Origin: Lama guanicoe
Taxonomy: Eukaryota
Direction of reading: 5' to 3'
NCBI GenBank assembly: GCA_013239625.1
Contig: MU053792.1
Coordinates: 1,072,112 to 1,136,111 of the forward strand
DNA: 64,000 nt
Shown here: piece after piece, positions 1 through 12,300 of the stretch
How the letters are laid out: each line of letters begins with the position of its first letter
How positions within the stretch are numbered: the stretch's first letter is position 1
Made by a program: the position numbers and the translations under genes
Notes under the pieces: generated by a model
Database searches by the model: none
Seen by the model: only the letters and a program-made list of their open reading frames with translations
What the model was told of the DNA's origin: nothing

Positions 1-595
1 GGAAGATTATGTTTTCCAAAGGTGACCACAACAATATCTCCCACCCCGCACATTCTTCTACAACGTGACCTTGCCACTCCCTGATTAAGAGAGGGGGTCT
101 CTGGCTCCTCTTCCCTGAATTTGGGCAGGTCCAGTGACAGCCTTGACCCAAAACAAGACAAACAGAAATCCCCAATCACAACAATAAGAAAAGCAGCAGA
201 AACAACACTGTGCCAGTCCCAGCCATAACCCTTAGCTGGCAGCTTCCATTTCTGCCTCTGGCAAGGCAGCCACCGTATCAGAAGTGTGACCACTCTGATA
301 CCACTAAGTGTGTGAGCAGTCTACACACGGAGAGGTCCTGTAGGATATGTGATGCGGAGTTAGAAAGACACCATGAAGCTCTGAGGTGGCACATGTGCGT
401 GAAGAAACCATTTTGGAAGTTGAATCCTCAGCTCCTTCTCCCAGCTGGTGCATCAAGGATCAGAAACAAACCACAGAGCCACACCCTTCTGAAATTCCCC
501 ATCCACAAGGGAGGAGGGGTTGGGCAGACACAATGGTAGTTCTAAACCATTAAATTTGGGGGTCTTTTGTTACACAAAAATAGATAACCAAAATA
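1..595 (+). mobile_element. MaLR LTR (MLT1 family), solo/fragment
   Basis: MLT1-like start 'tattttccaaaggtgaccacaacaatatctcccacc' and MLT1-like end 'aaatttgggggtcttttgttacacaaaaatagataaccaaaata'. Confidence 0.7.
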
Positions 596-1574
596 GGGGT
601 TTTGTTCCATTTCTAGCATTTAATAATCCAGTGACTAAAGAAGGTTTTCACCCACCTCTATAAGGTGTGAACACTGATTCTTGTCTGTCTACCTCATGTA
701 CTTGCTGTCACGTTCAAAAAAGATAAATACGTGAAAGCGCCTTGGAGGCAAGATATAATTATTGTTCCTTGAAAAATGTCTGTGTGTCTTTATTGCTGAT
801 TTGTGTTTGCCCATGTAGGTACGGGCAAATTTTCATTACCTCTGTTCTTTTCAATTATGAGCATGGATATTTGAGATTAGATCACCGTATTCCCTTTGTG
901 GTAGCTTTCAATTTAGGTGGACTAGCTTTTTATTAAACATAGAAATGATTCTACTATGTTATTTTATAACAATCTTTTAAGCAATTACTAGCGTTTTTCA
1001 TTCCAAATAGACTTTACATTTTGGTCCAATATGATTAGAAAGCATCCCACATTTTTTCTTAAGTTATCAAAATGATTTTCTAATTATCTGACCAAGTCAC
1101 AAAGTCTTAAAGGAATTCTATGGTTCATTGTTTCTTGACTAAGGTAATTTAAAAGAGGAGATAAAAATCAATTGTGCGTCTCTGAATAATAGAAAAGCAA
1201 AGGAGAAATCAAAGTAGCAGTAAAATTGTATTGGCTGTTTTCCTTTCTATAGAGCAAGCATATTTCTAATTTATAGTCAGCTGAGCGACTCAGTCTTCAG
1301 AAATGGTCAATAACATAGTCATTCTCAAACTTTGAGGCATTCTAGCTAATGACGCAAGGGCTCCCTTTTCAATAATTCACATGGATAATAATCTTATAAT
1401 GTTGAACTAAGGCTATTTTTTTCCTAGTAAATTAGAAAACATTGATCAAATAAAGTTTCACAGCTATGCTACTTCCAACTATGATTTCTTGGAATTAAGT
1501 GTTTTAGTCAATTTAATAATCTGGTTAAGAAAAAATTTTGTAAGAGCTGTGTGGGTTCAAGAAAATAGTTTCAG

Positions 1575-1750
1575 GTTCTGTCCTGAGATCTTCTTACCAG
1601 TTGCGTGTCTTCGGACAAGGTGTACAACCATCTATACCTCAGTTTACTCATCTTGTAATTCATAAAACGGAGATTATGGTATCTACAGGATTAGAGTATA
1701 ATGATTAATAAGAAATGTAAATAAAGTCCCTATTATTATGCTTTATGTCG
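1575..1750 (+). mobile_element. MIR SINE fragment
   Basis: MIR core-like 'cttaccagttgcgtgtcttcggacaagg...tatacctcagtttactcatcttgtaa'. Confidence 0.6.
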
Positions 1751-1909
1751 AGGTGCTTTGGTTGGAATCTGTTGCTTTGGTATCTATCTTGGAGGCAGGA
1801 CTGGCTGTTTTGCTGGCTATGTCACTAATATCACCCTTGTCACTTCTATAACTACTGTCATCAACCTTACTCCTTCTTATTGCCTCTGATGGGTCAGGGG
1901 CAGACCTTC

Positions 1910-2055
1910 TGTAACAGAGGAGAGCAAGTCTGACTCCACATTGGGTCTGTTCCTTTAGTGTTAACCACTGTGCCCTGTTTTCCAGGCTTAGTCTTGCCAG
2001 CTCTGCTCCTTTTGTGAAACAATGTTGCCTTTAGCCTGAAATACGCAGGGAAGCA
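1910..2055 (+). mobile_element. ERV LTR 5' fragment
   Basis: Begins TGTAACAGAGG, followed by 'agagcaagtctgactccacattgggtctgtt', resembling ERV1-class LTR starts. Confidence 0.5.
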
Positions 2056-2859
2056 CCAAAGATCTGCGCAGACTCCGCCCAGAGACTGTATAAGATGTTT
2101 CTTCTCTGATTTGCCTTTCTGACATGATTAAAAAGGAACCAGAATAAAAAAGGAAGGAAAGAAAGCAGTGCCCTGAACTTATTCCATTTAAGGAAAAAAA
2201 AAAAAACTGCAGCAAGTAGGCCACACAAATTTGCATTTAAAAGAAATTAGATCAATACAATAATCAAACAAAAATCCACTCAGCTTTGAAATAGCAGAGC
2301 TACAAATCTATGTTGTCTTTAATGAATGCATTTAGTTGTCAAGGGATAAAATGTTCACAGGAAAGGCTAAATGAGTCCTTGGTTTTAAATAGATTTAACC
2401 TTGCAAATATCATTGGTATACACAACCTCTACGTCTAGACAGACATTATGGTAAAAAGTGCAATTTACTTTACCAAAATATCAGAACAAAACATTAAATA
2501 CTGTTTTTGAGAATCCTGAAGTATTATCACTGAATGTTTAATAAGCACCCATAGAATGGACTATAGTCTATTAGGTATTTTGGGACCCCTGTAATTTTAA
2601 TTAGAGCAGATTTTGTCCTCAGAAAGTTCAGAATGAAATAAGACAAGAAGCAGGAAAACATTAAGTATAATATATGTTGATTTATGTAACAGTAAGGTAT
2701 ACAACTGACTTGTCAGATCATTGAGCAAAGCTACGTTGTAAAAATTGTTATGTCACAGTGTTCTCTTATCTTTAAATCTGTACCCAAAGCTAAAAAGCCA
2801 TAGAATTTTCTCTGAATGTATGTAAACAACTTAAATTTCAAAACTGGAGCACCAACAAT

Positions 2860-3060
2860 AAAAAGCAGCCCTTGTGTGGTGCTATTATGGGCCTGGCACT
2901 ATTCGAAGGATTCTATATATGTTAACACACTAAATTCTCATAATGATTCTCTGATGATGACACTACTATTATTTGCATTTTTCAGAGGAAGAAACTGAGC
3001 CGATAAGATGATCAATAGCTTAGTGACAGAGCCTTCTGACTCCCGACACCACATTCTATT
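2860..3060 (-). mobile_element. MIR SINE
   Basis: 'taaattctcataatgattctctg...cattttcagaggaagaaactgagcc' is a reverse-oriented MIR core. Confidence 0.6.
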
Positions 3061-4483
3061 GGAGGTAATTGAGAATGAAAGACTCCTTCAAATAAAAAGA
3101 ATTTCACATTGCAAAACTGCCTTTTAAACCGCTCTAATGTTCGCAAATACAAGGCAACTAAATGTGAAAGGCAGAAAACATTAGTTTCAGAAAACTATGA
3201 GTTTTGAAAATAAAAAAACTATAGGCATTTTCCTGATGAAGTACGACGTCAAGCCATTGTGGACTAATACATTGGAGGGAATTAGTGTATGTAGTATATG
3301 TCTTTAGCAATGGGGTGTAAGTAAGAAAAGTAAGATAAGGAGGGAAGACTAGCAGAGGGGGAAAGGGTCAGTAACCTGGACAGTTTGACCTGGAACTGGC
3401 CTTGATTTCTCTTCAGAAAATAATTTATCATCTGGAATAATGTTGATCATCAAACTGCTCTATAATGTATTTAAATTGATTTTGGCATCGGTTCTGATAC
3501 CGATACAGACAAAATATGCAGGTTTCTAAAATCTCCTTTAGTTACTCAGCTGTTAGGCACCTGTAGTGCACAAGGTACTAGGTACTTGAGACGTATCAGT
3601 GGAACCACAGACAAAGAACCCTGGCTGTAACAGGGCTGAAAGCCTGTCAGAGGGCGACGTAAAACACAGCTCTACAGTAGGTCAGAAGCTGAGCAGTGCC
3701 GCGGGGTAAAGGAAGGGCAGAGTGCGAGGGGGTGGAGGCTTTAGCGGAAGGGGGTGGTGATAGGTTTAAGCAGAGTATTAGGATAAGTGTCATTGAGAAG
3801 GTGACATCTGAGCTGAGCTTTGAAGGCGGAGAGAGATTTAGCCATGCAGACAGCAAAGGAAGCAGCCACTGTGAACGCCCTTGGGTGGGACTGCCGGGGC
3901 TGAGTGAAGGTGAGAACAGAAGAGAGGTGGTCAGAGAGACAAGAGGGAATGGGTGCTTCACGTGGGCTGTGGTTTTCTTAGAGAAATTTGGAGCGATTGG
4001 AAGGTTTTGAGCAGAAGAATCAGATGATCTGACTACATATATCTTAATGAGGTAACTCTGGCTGTTGTTTTGAGAACAGATTGTTAGAGTTTAAGAATGG
4101 AAGCAAAGAAAGTAATCGAGAGGCAATTACAATGATCCACATAGGATACATGATATGACTGTGGCCCAGGTGGAGGCCGAAGAAGTGGTGATTCTGGTTA
4201 CATTTTTTGAAGGGAGAGCCTACGATCATTCCTGATGGATGGGACAGAGGGTGTAAACAAGAAATGTCGAAGATGTCGACAGAACCTTTGGCCTGAGGAA
4301 CAGAAGGCTACAGGTGCCATTAGTGAGTTGTTAGAGAGTACACTAGGACTTCAGCTGTGGAAACCTTAAGGTTTGGGTGAATATTACACATGAAACAGGA
4401 GATAATTTGTAGGGATTTTGAGATGTGTGCACTTCAGAAGAGGTGAGGATTAGAACTGTACGTTGGGAAGCCATCAGCAAATG

Positions 4484-5124
4484 TGTAACTGTGCAGGACC
4501 CTTTGGGACCTTTCTGGGACAGACCTCCCCTTCCTCCATGTCCTCCACCTGCCTCTTGTTTGTAGAAAAGCTTTAGTCTTCCAGGCCTCTCCTGAGTCAC
4601 AAAAGGCTGGCTCAAGAATCAAGGACTGAAAGAATGTGAACATGTGGTAACAAAAATAGCAGTTGGGCCAGGAGAACCGGTAACAATTTAAACAATAGAC
4701 CAGCCAATGTAACAGAGTCATGGAATCTTCAGTTCCTCCCTGAAGGACATAGACAACAGTGCCTGATGCATTCCTGGGCTATTCTGAAGATACTAAACCC
4801 CCATGGGATGGAAAAAGATACCCGCATGATCACACTAGCACACGGCCCCCAGATGAGCTGAACCTGAGGGTGAACGGTGTTAATCCCTGTGACATCGCCC
4901 TGCTACGGCACCATCAACCAGTAAGGGAACTGTGCACAAGCTGATCACTCACCGTGCACAGCTCTTTCCTTCACCTGGCCCTGAGAAATGCTTCTCCGAG
5001 TCTACCAGGGAGCAGGTCTTTGAGCACGAGCTGCCTATACTCCTTGCTTGGCCTTTGAAATAATATTTTTCTGCTCCAAATGTCTGGCCTCACTGTTGGG
5101 CACACAAACTTGGATCTGACAACA
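4484..5124 (+). mobile_element. Solo ERV LTR (~640 bp, ERV1-like)
   Basis: TGTAAC...AACA termini with near-identical 4-bp flanks (aatg/gatg). It interrupts L2 sequence. Confidence 0.75.
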
Positions 5125-5223
5125 GATGGATGGAATATAAATTCGTGCTGTTGGATGAAATTGCCTAGGGAGTTAGTGTAGATGGATGAGACTATACTTC
5201 AATTAAAAAAAAAAAAAAGACTA

Positions 5224-5359
5224 GGCAGAAGGGTATATAACTCAAGTGGTAGAGCGCATGCTCAGCACCCAGAAGGTCGCGGGTTCAATCCCCCATACCT
5301 CCTCCAAGTGGAAATCAGTGAAGAAACCTAATTACCTCCCCCTCAGGAAAAAAAAGACT
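5224..5359 (+). mobile_element. tRNA-derived SINE, camelid Vic-1-like
   Basis: A-box-like 'taactcaagtggtagagc', B-box 'gggttcaatccc' and tail 'aaacctaattacctcccc'. Flanked by duplicated AAAAAAAAGACT. Confidence 0.85.
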
Positions 5360-5660
5360 TAAAAAAAAAAAGTCTTAAAAGCCGATCCCTGGGGCACCCT
5401 AGATCTGTGAGAAAAGAAGAAACAAACATAGGAGACGGATGGAGGGAGGCAAAAAGAAAGCCAGAAGAGGGTGGAGTTCTGGAGCAAAGGATGTCAAGGA
5501 GGAGGGAGTGATGAACTGGGTAAAAAGCTGCTGATAGTTCAGGTAAGGGACGTGTCAAGAGGCTACTGATGGCCTTGACAAAAGCAGTTTGGGCAAAATG
5601 ATTGGCAAGAGCCGGAGAGAAGAAAGGTAAGAAGTGGATGCATACAAAGAACTGGGGCAG

Positions 5661-5885
5661 AGTTCGAGATCTGCAGATAGTAACAACTACATGTAAAACA
5701 GATGAACAACAAGTTTATAGTACACAGCACAGGGAACTCTGTTCAATATCTTGTAGCAACCTACAATGAAAAAGAATCTGAAAAGGAATATATGTATGTA
5801 TCTGGATGTCTGAAACATGATGCTGTGCACCAGAAATTGACACAACATTGTAAACTGACTCTACTTCAATTAGAAAAAGAAAGAA
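5661..5885 (+). mobile_element. 5'-truncated L1 3'UTR
   Basis: Contains 'gcacagggaactctgttcaatatcttgtag...aaattgacacaacattgtaaactgactctacttcaatt' plus an A-rich tail. TSD-like flanks aaagaactggggcag / aaagaaatggagcag. Confidence 0.85.
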
Positions 5886-6339
5886 ATGGAGCAGTTGCTG
5901 GAAGGTATACGGAGTCAACGTGTTTGTGTGCTGATGGAAGGGATGCATAAATGTGGGGAAACGGATGCTGGAGGAGAAAGGAAGAGAAGCTTCAGAAGTG
6001 ACAGGGGATTTGATCCACTCACAAACGGGGAGTGTCCACAAGAACAGTCTGTCCGTTGTAGAAAGGGGGAGGGCAGAGTATGTGGGTAAAGATGCTGGTA
6101 GATGGGTAGAAGGGGTTGGTGACGGGAATTTACGGGCATATTCAATGTCAGATCACTTCAGTTTTTGTTTTTTGAAGTGAGTATGACAAAGCAAGAGAGG
6201 GGCAAAGGATTTGAGCCTGCCACATACGCCTGGCAGTGATCATGAAGTTTGACAATGGCCCTGTAGCTCTGCTGTCAATTAGAGAGAAGCCAGGTACCAT
6301 GGAAAGAAGTTTGGGTTCTCCTGCTGGAGAGGAAGGCCC

Positions 6340-6557
6340 TAGAGCAGTGTAACAGAAATTTCTTCAGGGACGAAAATACTCCACATTGTCCAGATACTCT
6401 GCATGTGGCATCCACTAGCCACACGTAACTACTGAGTACTTGAAATGTGGCTTGTGACTGAGAAACTACATTTTAAAATTTTTTAAAACTTTGATTAATA
6501 TAATTTTTGATGTGAATAGGCACATGTGGATAGCATTGACCATACTGGACAGAGCAA
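6340..6557. mobile_element. hAT-Charlie DNA transposon (MER3-like)
   Basis: 'ccactagccacacgtaactactgagtacttgaaatgtggct...catactggacagagca'. Confidence 0.7.
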
Positions 6558-6559
6558 CC

Positions 6560-6815
6560 CCACAGGAAAAAGACCACATGAAGAGAGAAGACACAGGGAC
6601 GAGTGCTGAGCTGTCCCATTGACCCCTAGCACCAAGGCACCAGACGTGTGAGCCCCCAGCCTTGTGTGAATCTATCAGGTCCGTGTTGAAAAAAGATAAG
6701 CCGTCCCTGCTCAGCCCTGCCCAAATTCCTGACCACAGAACCACGAGCAGGAAGATTGTTTTAAGCCATTAAATTTGAGGTGGTTTGTTATGGAGCAATA
6801 GGTGACTGAATAGAC
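6560..6815 (+). mobile_element. MLT1 LTR 3' fragment
   Basis: 'ctcagccctgcccaaattcctgaccacagaacc...ttttaagccattaaatttgaggtggtttgttatggagcaataggtgactgaata'. Confidence 0.7.
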
Positions 6816-8569
6816 ATGGTGGCAACCGTGTCCTGCCATCCCATGAGGACCTGTCTGGGGTAGGCAGCTGGCCTTTCTCAGGTGACACCTTAATGCCGTG
6901 TGCCTTTCTACTGAAACAGTGATACTGTGATTCTACAGAAATGCTGACTGCCCCCACTCCCAGCAAAAGAAATTGAGGCACTCGAAATAGAAAGAAACAT
7001 TTTCATTTATTGAGCATTAGGGTCACGTGCCGGCTTCTTAGCCCTGCTCAGAGAGGTCTCTGCGACACAGTGGAAGTTTCTAACAGGGAAGTCGGGGCCC
7101 CAGGCTCAGGGTGTGAATGTCTGTTCTTTGGGCTGAACAGAATTTTAAGTCCAGATCTCTCCTATCCCCCATTAGGTATCCTTCTGCTCTGTCTTCCCTT
7201 CAAAGACATAGATTGTCGTGGCTCCTGGCCACATGGAAGTGAAGCCCACTTAAGGCCAGAGATGTTGGCTGAGCAGAGCAGGGTCGAGGAATGACCACTT
7301 ACAGCAGCAGCTGACCTAACACTTCTTAAAGGATCACTGGTGTTTGGCCTTCAGCCCTCCCCTCACTCCTGAGGTCCTGACTGCATGCATTGTATCCTCA
7401 GTATTCTTGGTCACATGGAATTTACACCGCTTGCCTCTGCTTTATTTGACTCCCTGATGCCGCATTAGTTACATTTGCAAGATCTAAAAGGGCTCAACTT
7501 ATTAATGAGAAGGATCATTACACGTTAAGTGAAATTTTTATGACTGATGATCCTCATTTTGTGTTTCTAAATATCGATAAGCTGACCTCTGCATATTTTC
7601 TTAAGTCCGTGTTATCTTGGTGAAGACTATGCTTGGGGAAAAGTTGAGAAATGATAATCTTATTTAATACTCTATTTACCAGGTGGAAAAATACTCAAGT
7701 AGTACTCTGCATGATATGTGAAAATTTGCCAACATGACACATTAAATAGGACTGAATATATACAGCAGATGGGAGATTATGGAGAAAAAAATTTTGAATT
7801 TTGTTCAAAGATTTACACATTCTTCTGCAGTGCAGTTTATGAAAATAAAATATTCAATAGATTTGAAATCCCTTGTAGATTTCTAAGAGTTTTCACCCAT
7901 TTTATGACAGTTTAAGGTTCTGTAATCCAGTTGTCTGACCCTCTGCTCATGTGTGTGCAAGAGATTTGGGCTTCATGCTCCATCTGGCATCAGCCACAGG
8001 AGCCAATATTGAACTTGAGAGCTGTGGGTCAAGGAGAAGAAAGGAATTCTCATTTGGGCAGAGCAGATGTGGAAGCCAAGGAACTTACTAAGCTCAAGGG
8101 CCTGAAACAGAGTGGAAAACAAAAATGGGGCCAAATCGAAAGTGTTAGCAGTAGAGCCCAGGCAAAAGCCAAATCTGGGGAGACTTGCAGAAGCAGCAGA
8201 ACACTCAGTGCATTCAAGGAGAATACGGCATGCACCTGATTTTCCTGCTGTTGTACCCTTGAGACTGGTACGGTGATGACACACATTAGGAACGCAAGAA
8301 ATGGTTGTTCAGTGAGTGAGTTAATAAGTGAGAAACTCATTGTTGAGCCAAAGAAGGAATGGTTAGGGCCAAGTCAAAGCTAAACTGTGTGTTGGGCTAA
8401 GATTTCCTTTGTGACATCAATTCCCTCTCCCAAGGTAGATTTGGGTACTTTTCAGATTTAAAAGTTTATCTGTAATTGCAGAATGTAAGACTAGGGTAGC
8501 ATGTTGGAGAGAGAGGGGAACATGGCTTCTGCTAAAATCAAAAAAGAAAAAAAAGGGAGGGAGGAGATA

Positions 8570-8800
8570 AGATATACATTGAACGTTCCTCACTGCCAAA
8601 CATGTCATGTGTCTCACTTGATTTAATTCTCACAACAACATTTTGTGGGAGGTACAAATATTGTCTCCATTTTGCCCATAAAGAAACTGAGGCACAGAAT
8701 GTTTAAGGAACTTGCTCAAGCTTATTTAAACCACTCCGTAGTGGAACTAAGTTGCAAACCCAGACCTGTGTAACTTCAGAGCTGAGCACTTAGCCTCCAC
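8570..8800 (-). mobile_element. MIR SINE
   Basis: 'atttaattctcacaacaac...ccattttgcccataaagaaactgaggcacagaatgtttaaggaacttgctcaag'. Confidence 0.75.
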
Positions 8801-8801
8801 C

Positions 8802-8995
8802 CCAGCATATTTCCAGACTCACTCACTCACTGATAAGAATTATTTGCAGTGCTTGTTAAAAATATGAGTTCCTAGGACCCAAATCTAGAACTCACTAAAT
8901 CAAAATCTAAGAGTAAGGTCCTGGATCTGGTATTTCTAACAGGTCTCCCAGACGTCTTGTTTTTGTTTTTTTGAAGTGAGTTTAAGGAACACTGT
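8802..8995. mobile_element. MER5-like hAT-Charlie element
   Basis: 'gtgcttgttaaaaatatgagttcctaggacc...actaaatcaaaatct...ttctaacaggtctcccag...aaggaacactg'. Confidence 0.6.
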
Positions 8996-9179
8996 CTGAC
9001 ACATGTATTCCTGGATAGACATCCCATAACAGAAATTGTTGGTTAGAGCCTCAATATTTCACTTACAAAAGAAAGAACTTTCGATGCTTTAAACCATTGA
9101 ATAAATCTCTTTGTAACAATTGGCTAGAAAGGAGAGTGCTCATTTATTTGTGCTTTTAAGAGAAATGTGAACTGTATTT

Positions 9180-9302
9180 CTTTATTTTTCTTTTTTGGGG
9201 GGGAGGTGGAGGTAACTAGGTTTAATGGAGGCACTGGGGATTGAACAGGACCTTGTGCATGCTAGGCACGCACTCTACCACTGAGCTACGTCCTCCCCAC
9301 CA
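9180..9302 (-). mobile_element. tRNA-derived SINE, camelid Vic-1-like
   Basis: Reverse tRNA-like head 'ggggattgaac...gcactctaccactgagcta' with T-rich tail. Perfect 12-bp TSD TGAACTGTATTT at 9168-9179 and 9303-9314. Confidence 0.88.
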
Positions 9303-12300
9303 TGAACTGTATTTAAATGGAAGAATACCATGGTAATATTTTACTTCTTCAATAGATACGAGGTGAACTGTATGTGTAAAAGAAACCAAAATCTTACTGA
9401 TTTGTTAAAATGTTGTTTAAAAAACAGCTATAAATAGTTTGAATTCCAATTAATGTTTCATAACATAAAAGGGTGGTTAATATCTAAAAGGAAAACATTA
9501 AGTCTGACTGGATCTTTAACTCTGAAAAGCCTAGAGAAAAGTTTTTCTTGATTAAAAAAACATTTAACTAATTTTGTACCATACATTTTGGTCAAGTTTA
9601 GAGAAGGGAAATTAACTTCCCTTGGAAAATTCACCAATTACCACCAGAGCAAAACGAGGTTAGACAAGTTCTGAACTTGGAAGAAAGGCAAACACATTTA
9701 CCAGGTGCAGTGAAATTAACACTTGATAAATACCAGGATGATCTGTTTAATATTTATGCTTAAATTCTATTTTAGGATAGCTCCCACAGATTTCTTAAGT
9801 TTTTCATGAATATTATTGTTTGCTATCTTAGGTTGTTACGTTAAACTTTATGGAAGCCTTTAAAACAGCAAAATTTAATAAATGCAAAGAAACTTTACCC
9901 TGGAAACATGGGTTTTATGAAAGTAATTAAAATACAACTTTATTTATTAAAAGTTCAATTAATTAATATTCATTAAGTAGATTAGTTTAGTGCCTCGTTG
10001 CCTAAAAATTCAATATTTTGTAGTTTTAAAAATCCCAAAACACTTTATAAACATTTTGAAGACTCCGTTTTCATAGTGAAAAGAGTAATTACTTTTTTAG
10101 GATTATTATTTTTCTCTGGAAAATATACACATACGTCAATTAAACTCTATATTGGCTGAATTGCTACAAATAGTTTTTGACAAAACATATGTGTAACTTA
10201 CACTATAAATGCCCAAGAGTCTTACTGTGTCCACACAATATTAAGTAGCTCTTAGTTACTTAGTGATTAGAAATCTTAGTGATCAGAGAGGGAACCAACC
10301 GCTACTTTAAATGCTCATTGCAATTTATTTCCTGTAAGTTTGGAGGTTAAATTTTGTCATTGAGAGTCTTTTCTTTTCTCCTGTAGTGGGGCAAAAGGAC
10401 AAATTCAGGCAGTTCAGAATTTAGACACAGAACTTCAAAAGCCAGTGCATCAGACTGAGATTAGTAACCATTGTGTTTAATGACTTAAGAGGAGAGCTTG
10501 CAAGAATGAAAACGCTGGCCAAGGAGGAGACCTCTGATTCGAGGGGAGCATCTCTGACAACTTGGTAACAGGCAAATTCCCTACAATATCTTTACATTTT
10601 TTAATTAATTTTGTTAAAGGCTTCTGTCTAGGATTAAAGAGAAGGAGATGAGTCAATATTTGATGGCAAAGTAAACTACAGAGAGCTGGAAATACATGAG
10701 AATTGGAGGTAATAAGGGAAGCCTGGAACGATAAGGTTGGCCCAAGGATTTGTTGAGGGAGTCTAAGAAGTTCAGGGAAAGCGGCTGGCCTTACGCATTC
10801 TTGTGGCTATGATAGGGACAGCTGGGTTTTTAAGGGCTGAGTTTCCAAAGAGGAACCCTGTTTTAACCTCGGCAGTAGTCTAGAAGAGAGACGTGGGAGC
10901 CAAGGTCATTTAGTAAATCACAGCTCCTCACATAGGAAAAATCAGAACCATGACAGCAAATGGGCCTGTCCAGAAAGAGGGAAAACTACAGAACTGGACT
11001 CGAGAGCATCTGTCCAATGTAACATTTATGTCTTTTTATGGCACCACTTAGTCTCTCAGACTCTGCACCCCTTTACTCGCTCCCCCTCAATGAGCACTTT
11101 GGACATACGAGGTAGGAACCACGCTTATACCCTGGCAGCTGGCTGCTGCGTGTATGGCTGCTGTGCCGTGAAGAAGGGCTGGACGGTGCCTGACCCTGCA
11201 CATTCAGCTAGCTCCTGCTGCTTTGTGACTCACGGACATTTGCTTTGTTCTTTCTTAGCCCAGTCAGAGCCTGGAGGTCTCTCCCCACCTACAACTCACT
11301 TGAAATCTAGCTGTGTTCTATTCTTTCCGACCAGGATGTTCACCTTGAAGTCTGTTTTGCAGAACACGTCATCACAAGCACAGAGCACCTTCTGACAGTA
11401 CCCCCGCCTCCACAACCACACTCCCGGGAATGCTGAGCCTCGTTAGAGCCACGCAGGGCATCTGAGGAAGGGGATGGCAAGAAAATGAGAGCCTTAGTAC
11501 CCACCTTTTTCTACCTTTTTTATTTCTAATAGCAATAAAGACAAACAGAATAGGTATTCATTTCAGAGATACATTTTAATACATTAGTAATTATTTTATA
11601 TAATTGAAATGTTTTACTGCATGTTAATACGGTTAACATGGACCTGAAAAAAATGCTGATTTTATTTCTCATAGCACATGGCAAAAGCCCATATTTCTAC
11701 TAATAGGGACATGAAGTAAATTACTTAGATATGCAATGTTAAGTAGCTTTGAGCACTATCTCCTAAGTAGGAAAAAAGCCACTAAAGCTATTATGCTCTT
11801 ACAGGAGAAATGGGGGTTGCATGTCTACTAATGAAACTTTCAGTCACTGTCTTATCTATTATTGCATTTGAAAGGAAACACAGAATTAAATATAATTAAA
11901 ATTCAAGGAGAACAAATAATCTTTAAGCACTAAAAATTCAGTGGATAAATTATTTTCAATGTATAATCTCATGAACCAATTATACATACACTATACAACT
12001 GTACAAACAACTGTGTATGTTCTCCAAAGGTGGGCAATGCACTGTTGAATGCAATTACATTCTCAAAAAATACTTCATTATCAACTTTTCCACATACTAA
12101 CAGAAACTCATATACAACACATACTAACAAAGAGTTGTATAAATTACCTAACCCAGACTTTGAACATGAGAAAGATATCACATATTACAAACAGAATGAA
12201 TACATACATTAATAGATAACTAAAATACAATGTGTAGCATTCTAAAATGCAAAATCCTAATGTAATCAAAATAATCTCTTTTGTACCTTAAAACAATTGC

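Larger units (their letters stand above)
3540..6250. mobile_element. L2 LINE remnant split by an LTR, a SINE and L1 stubs
   Basis: L2-typical phrases 'gagaaggtgacatctgagctgagctttgaagg', 'ggaaggttttgagcagaagaatcagatgatctgact' and 'gccagaagagggtggagttctggagc' resume after each insert. Confidence 0.65.

Noticed and set aside
5228..5300. tRNA-like sequence (also 9230-9298)
   Set aside because: These are SINE heads with tail and TSD, not intact tRNA genes.
210..8617. Numerous 60-110 aa ORFs in the left intergenic region
   Set aside because: They overlap LTR/L2/L1/MIR remnants or lack homology and splice support, and their lengths are expected by chance.
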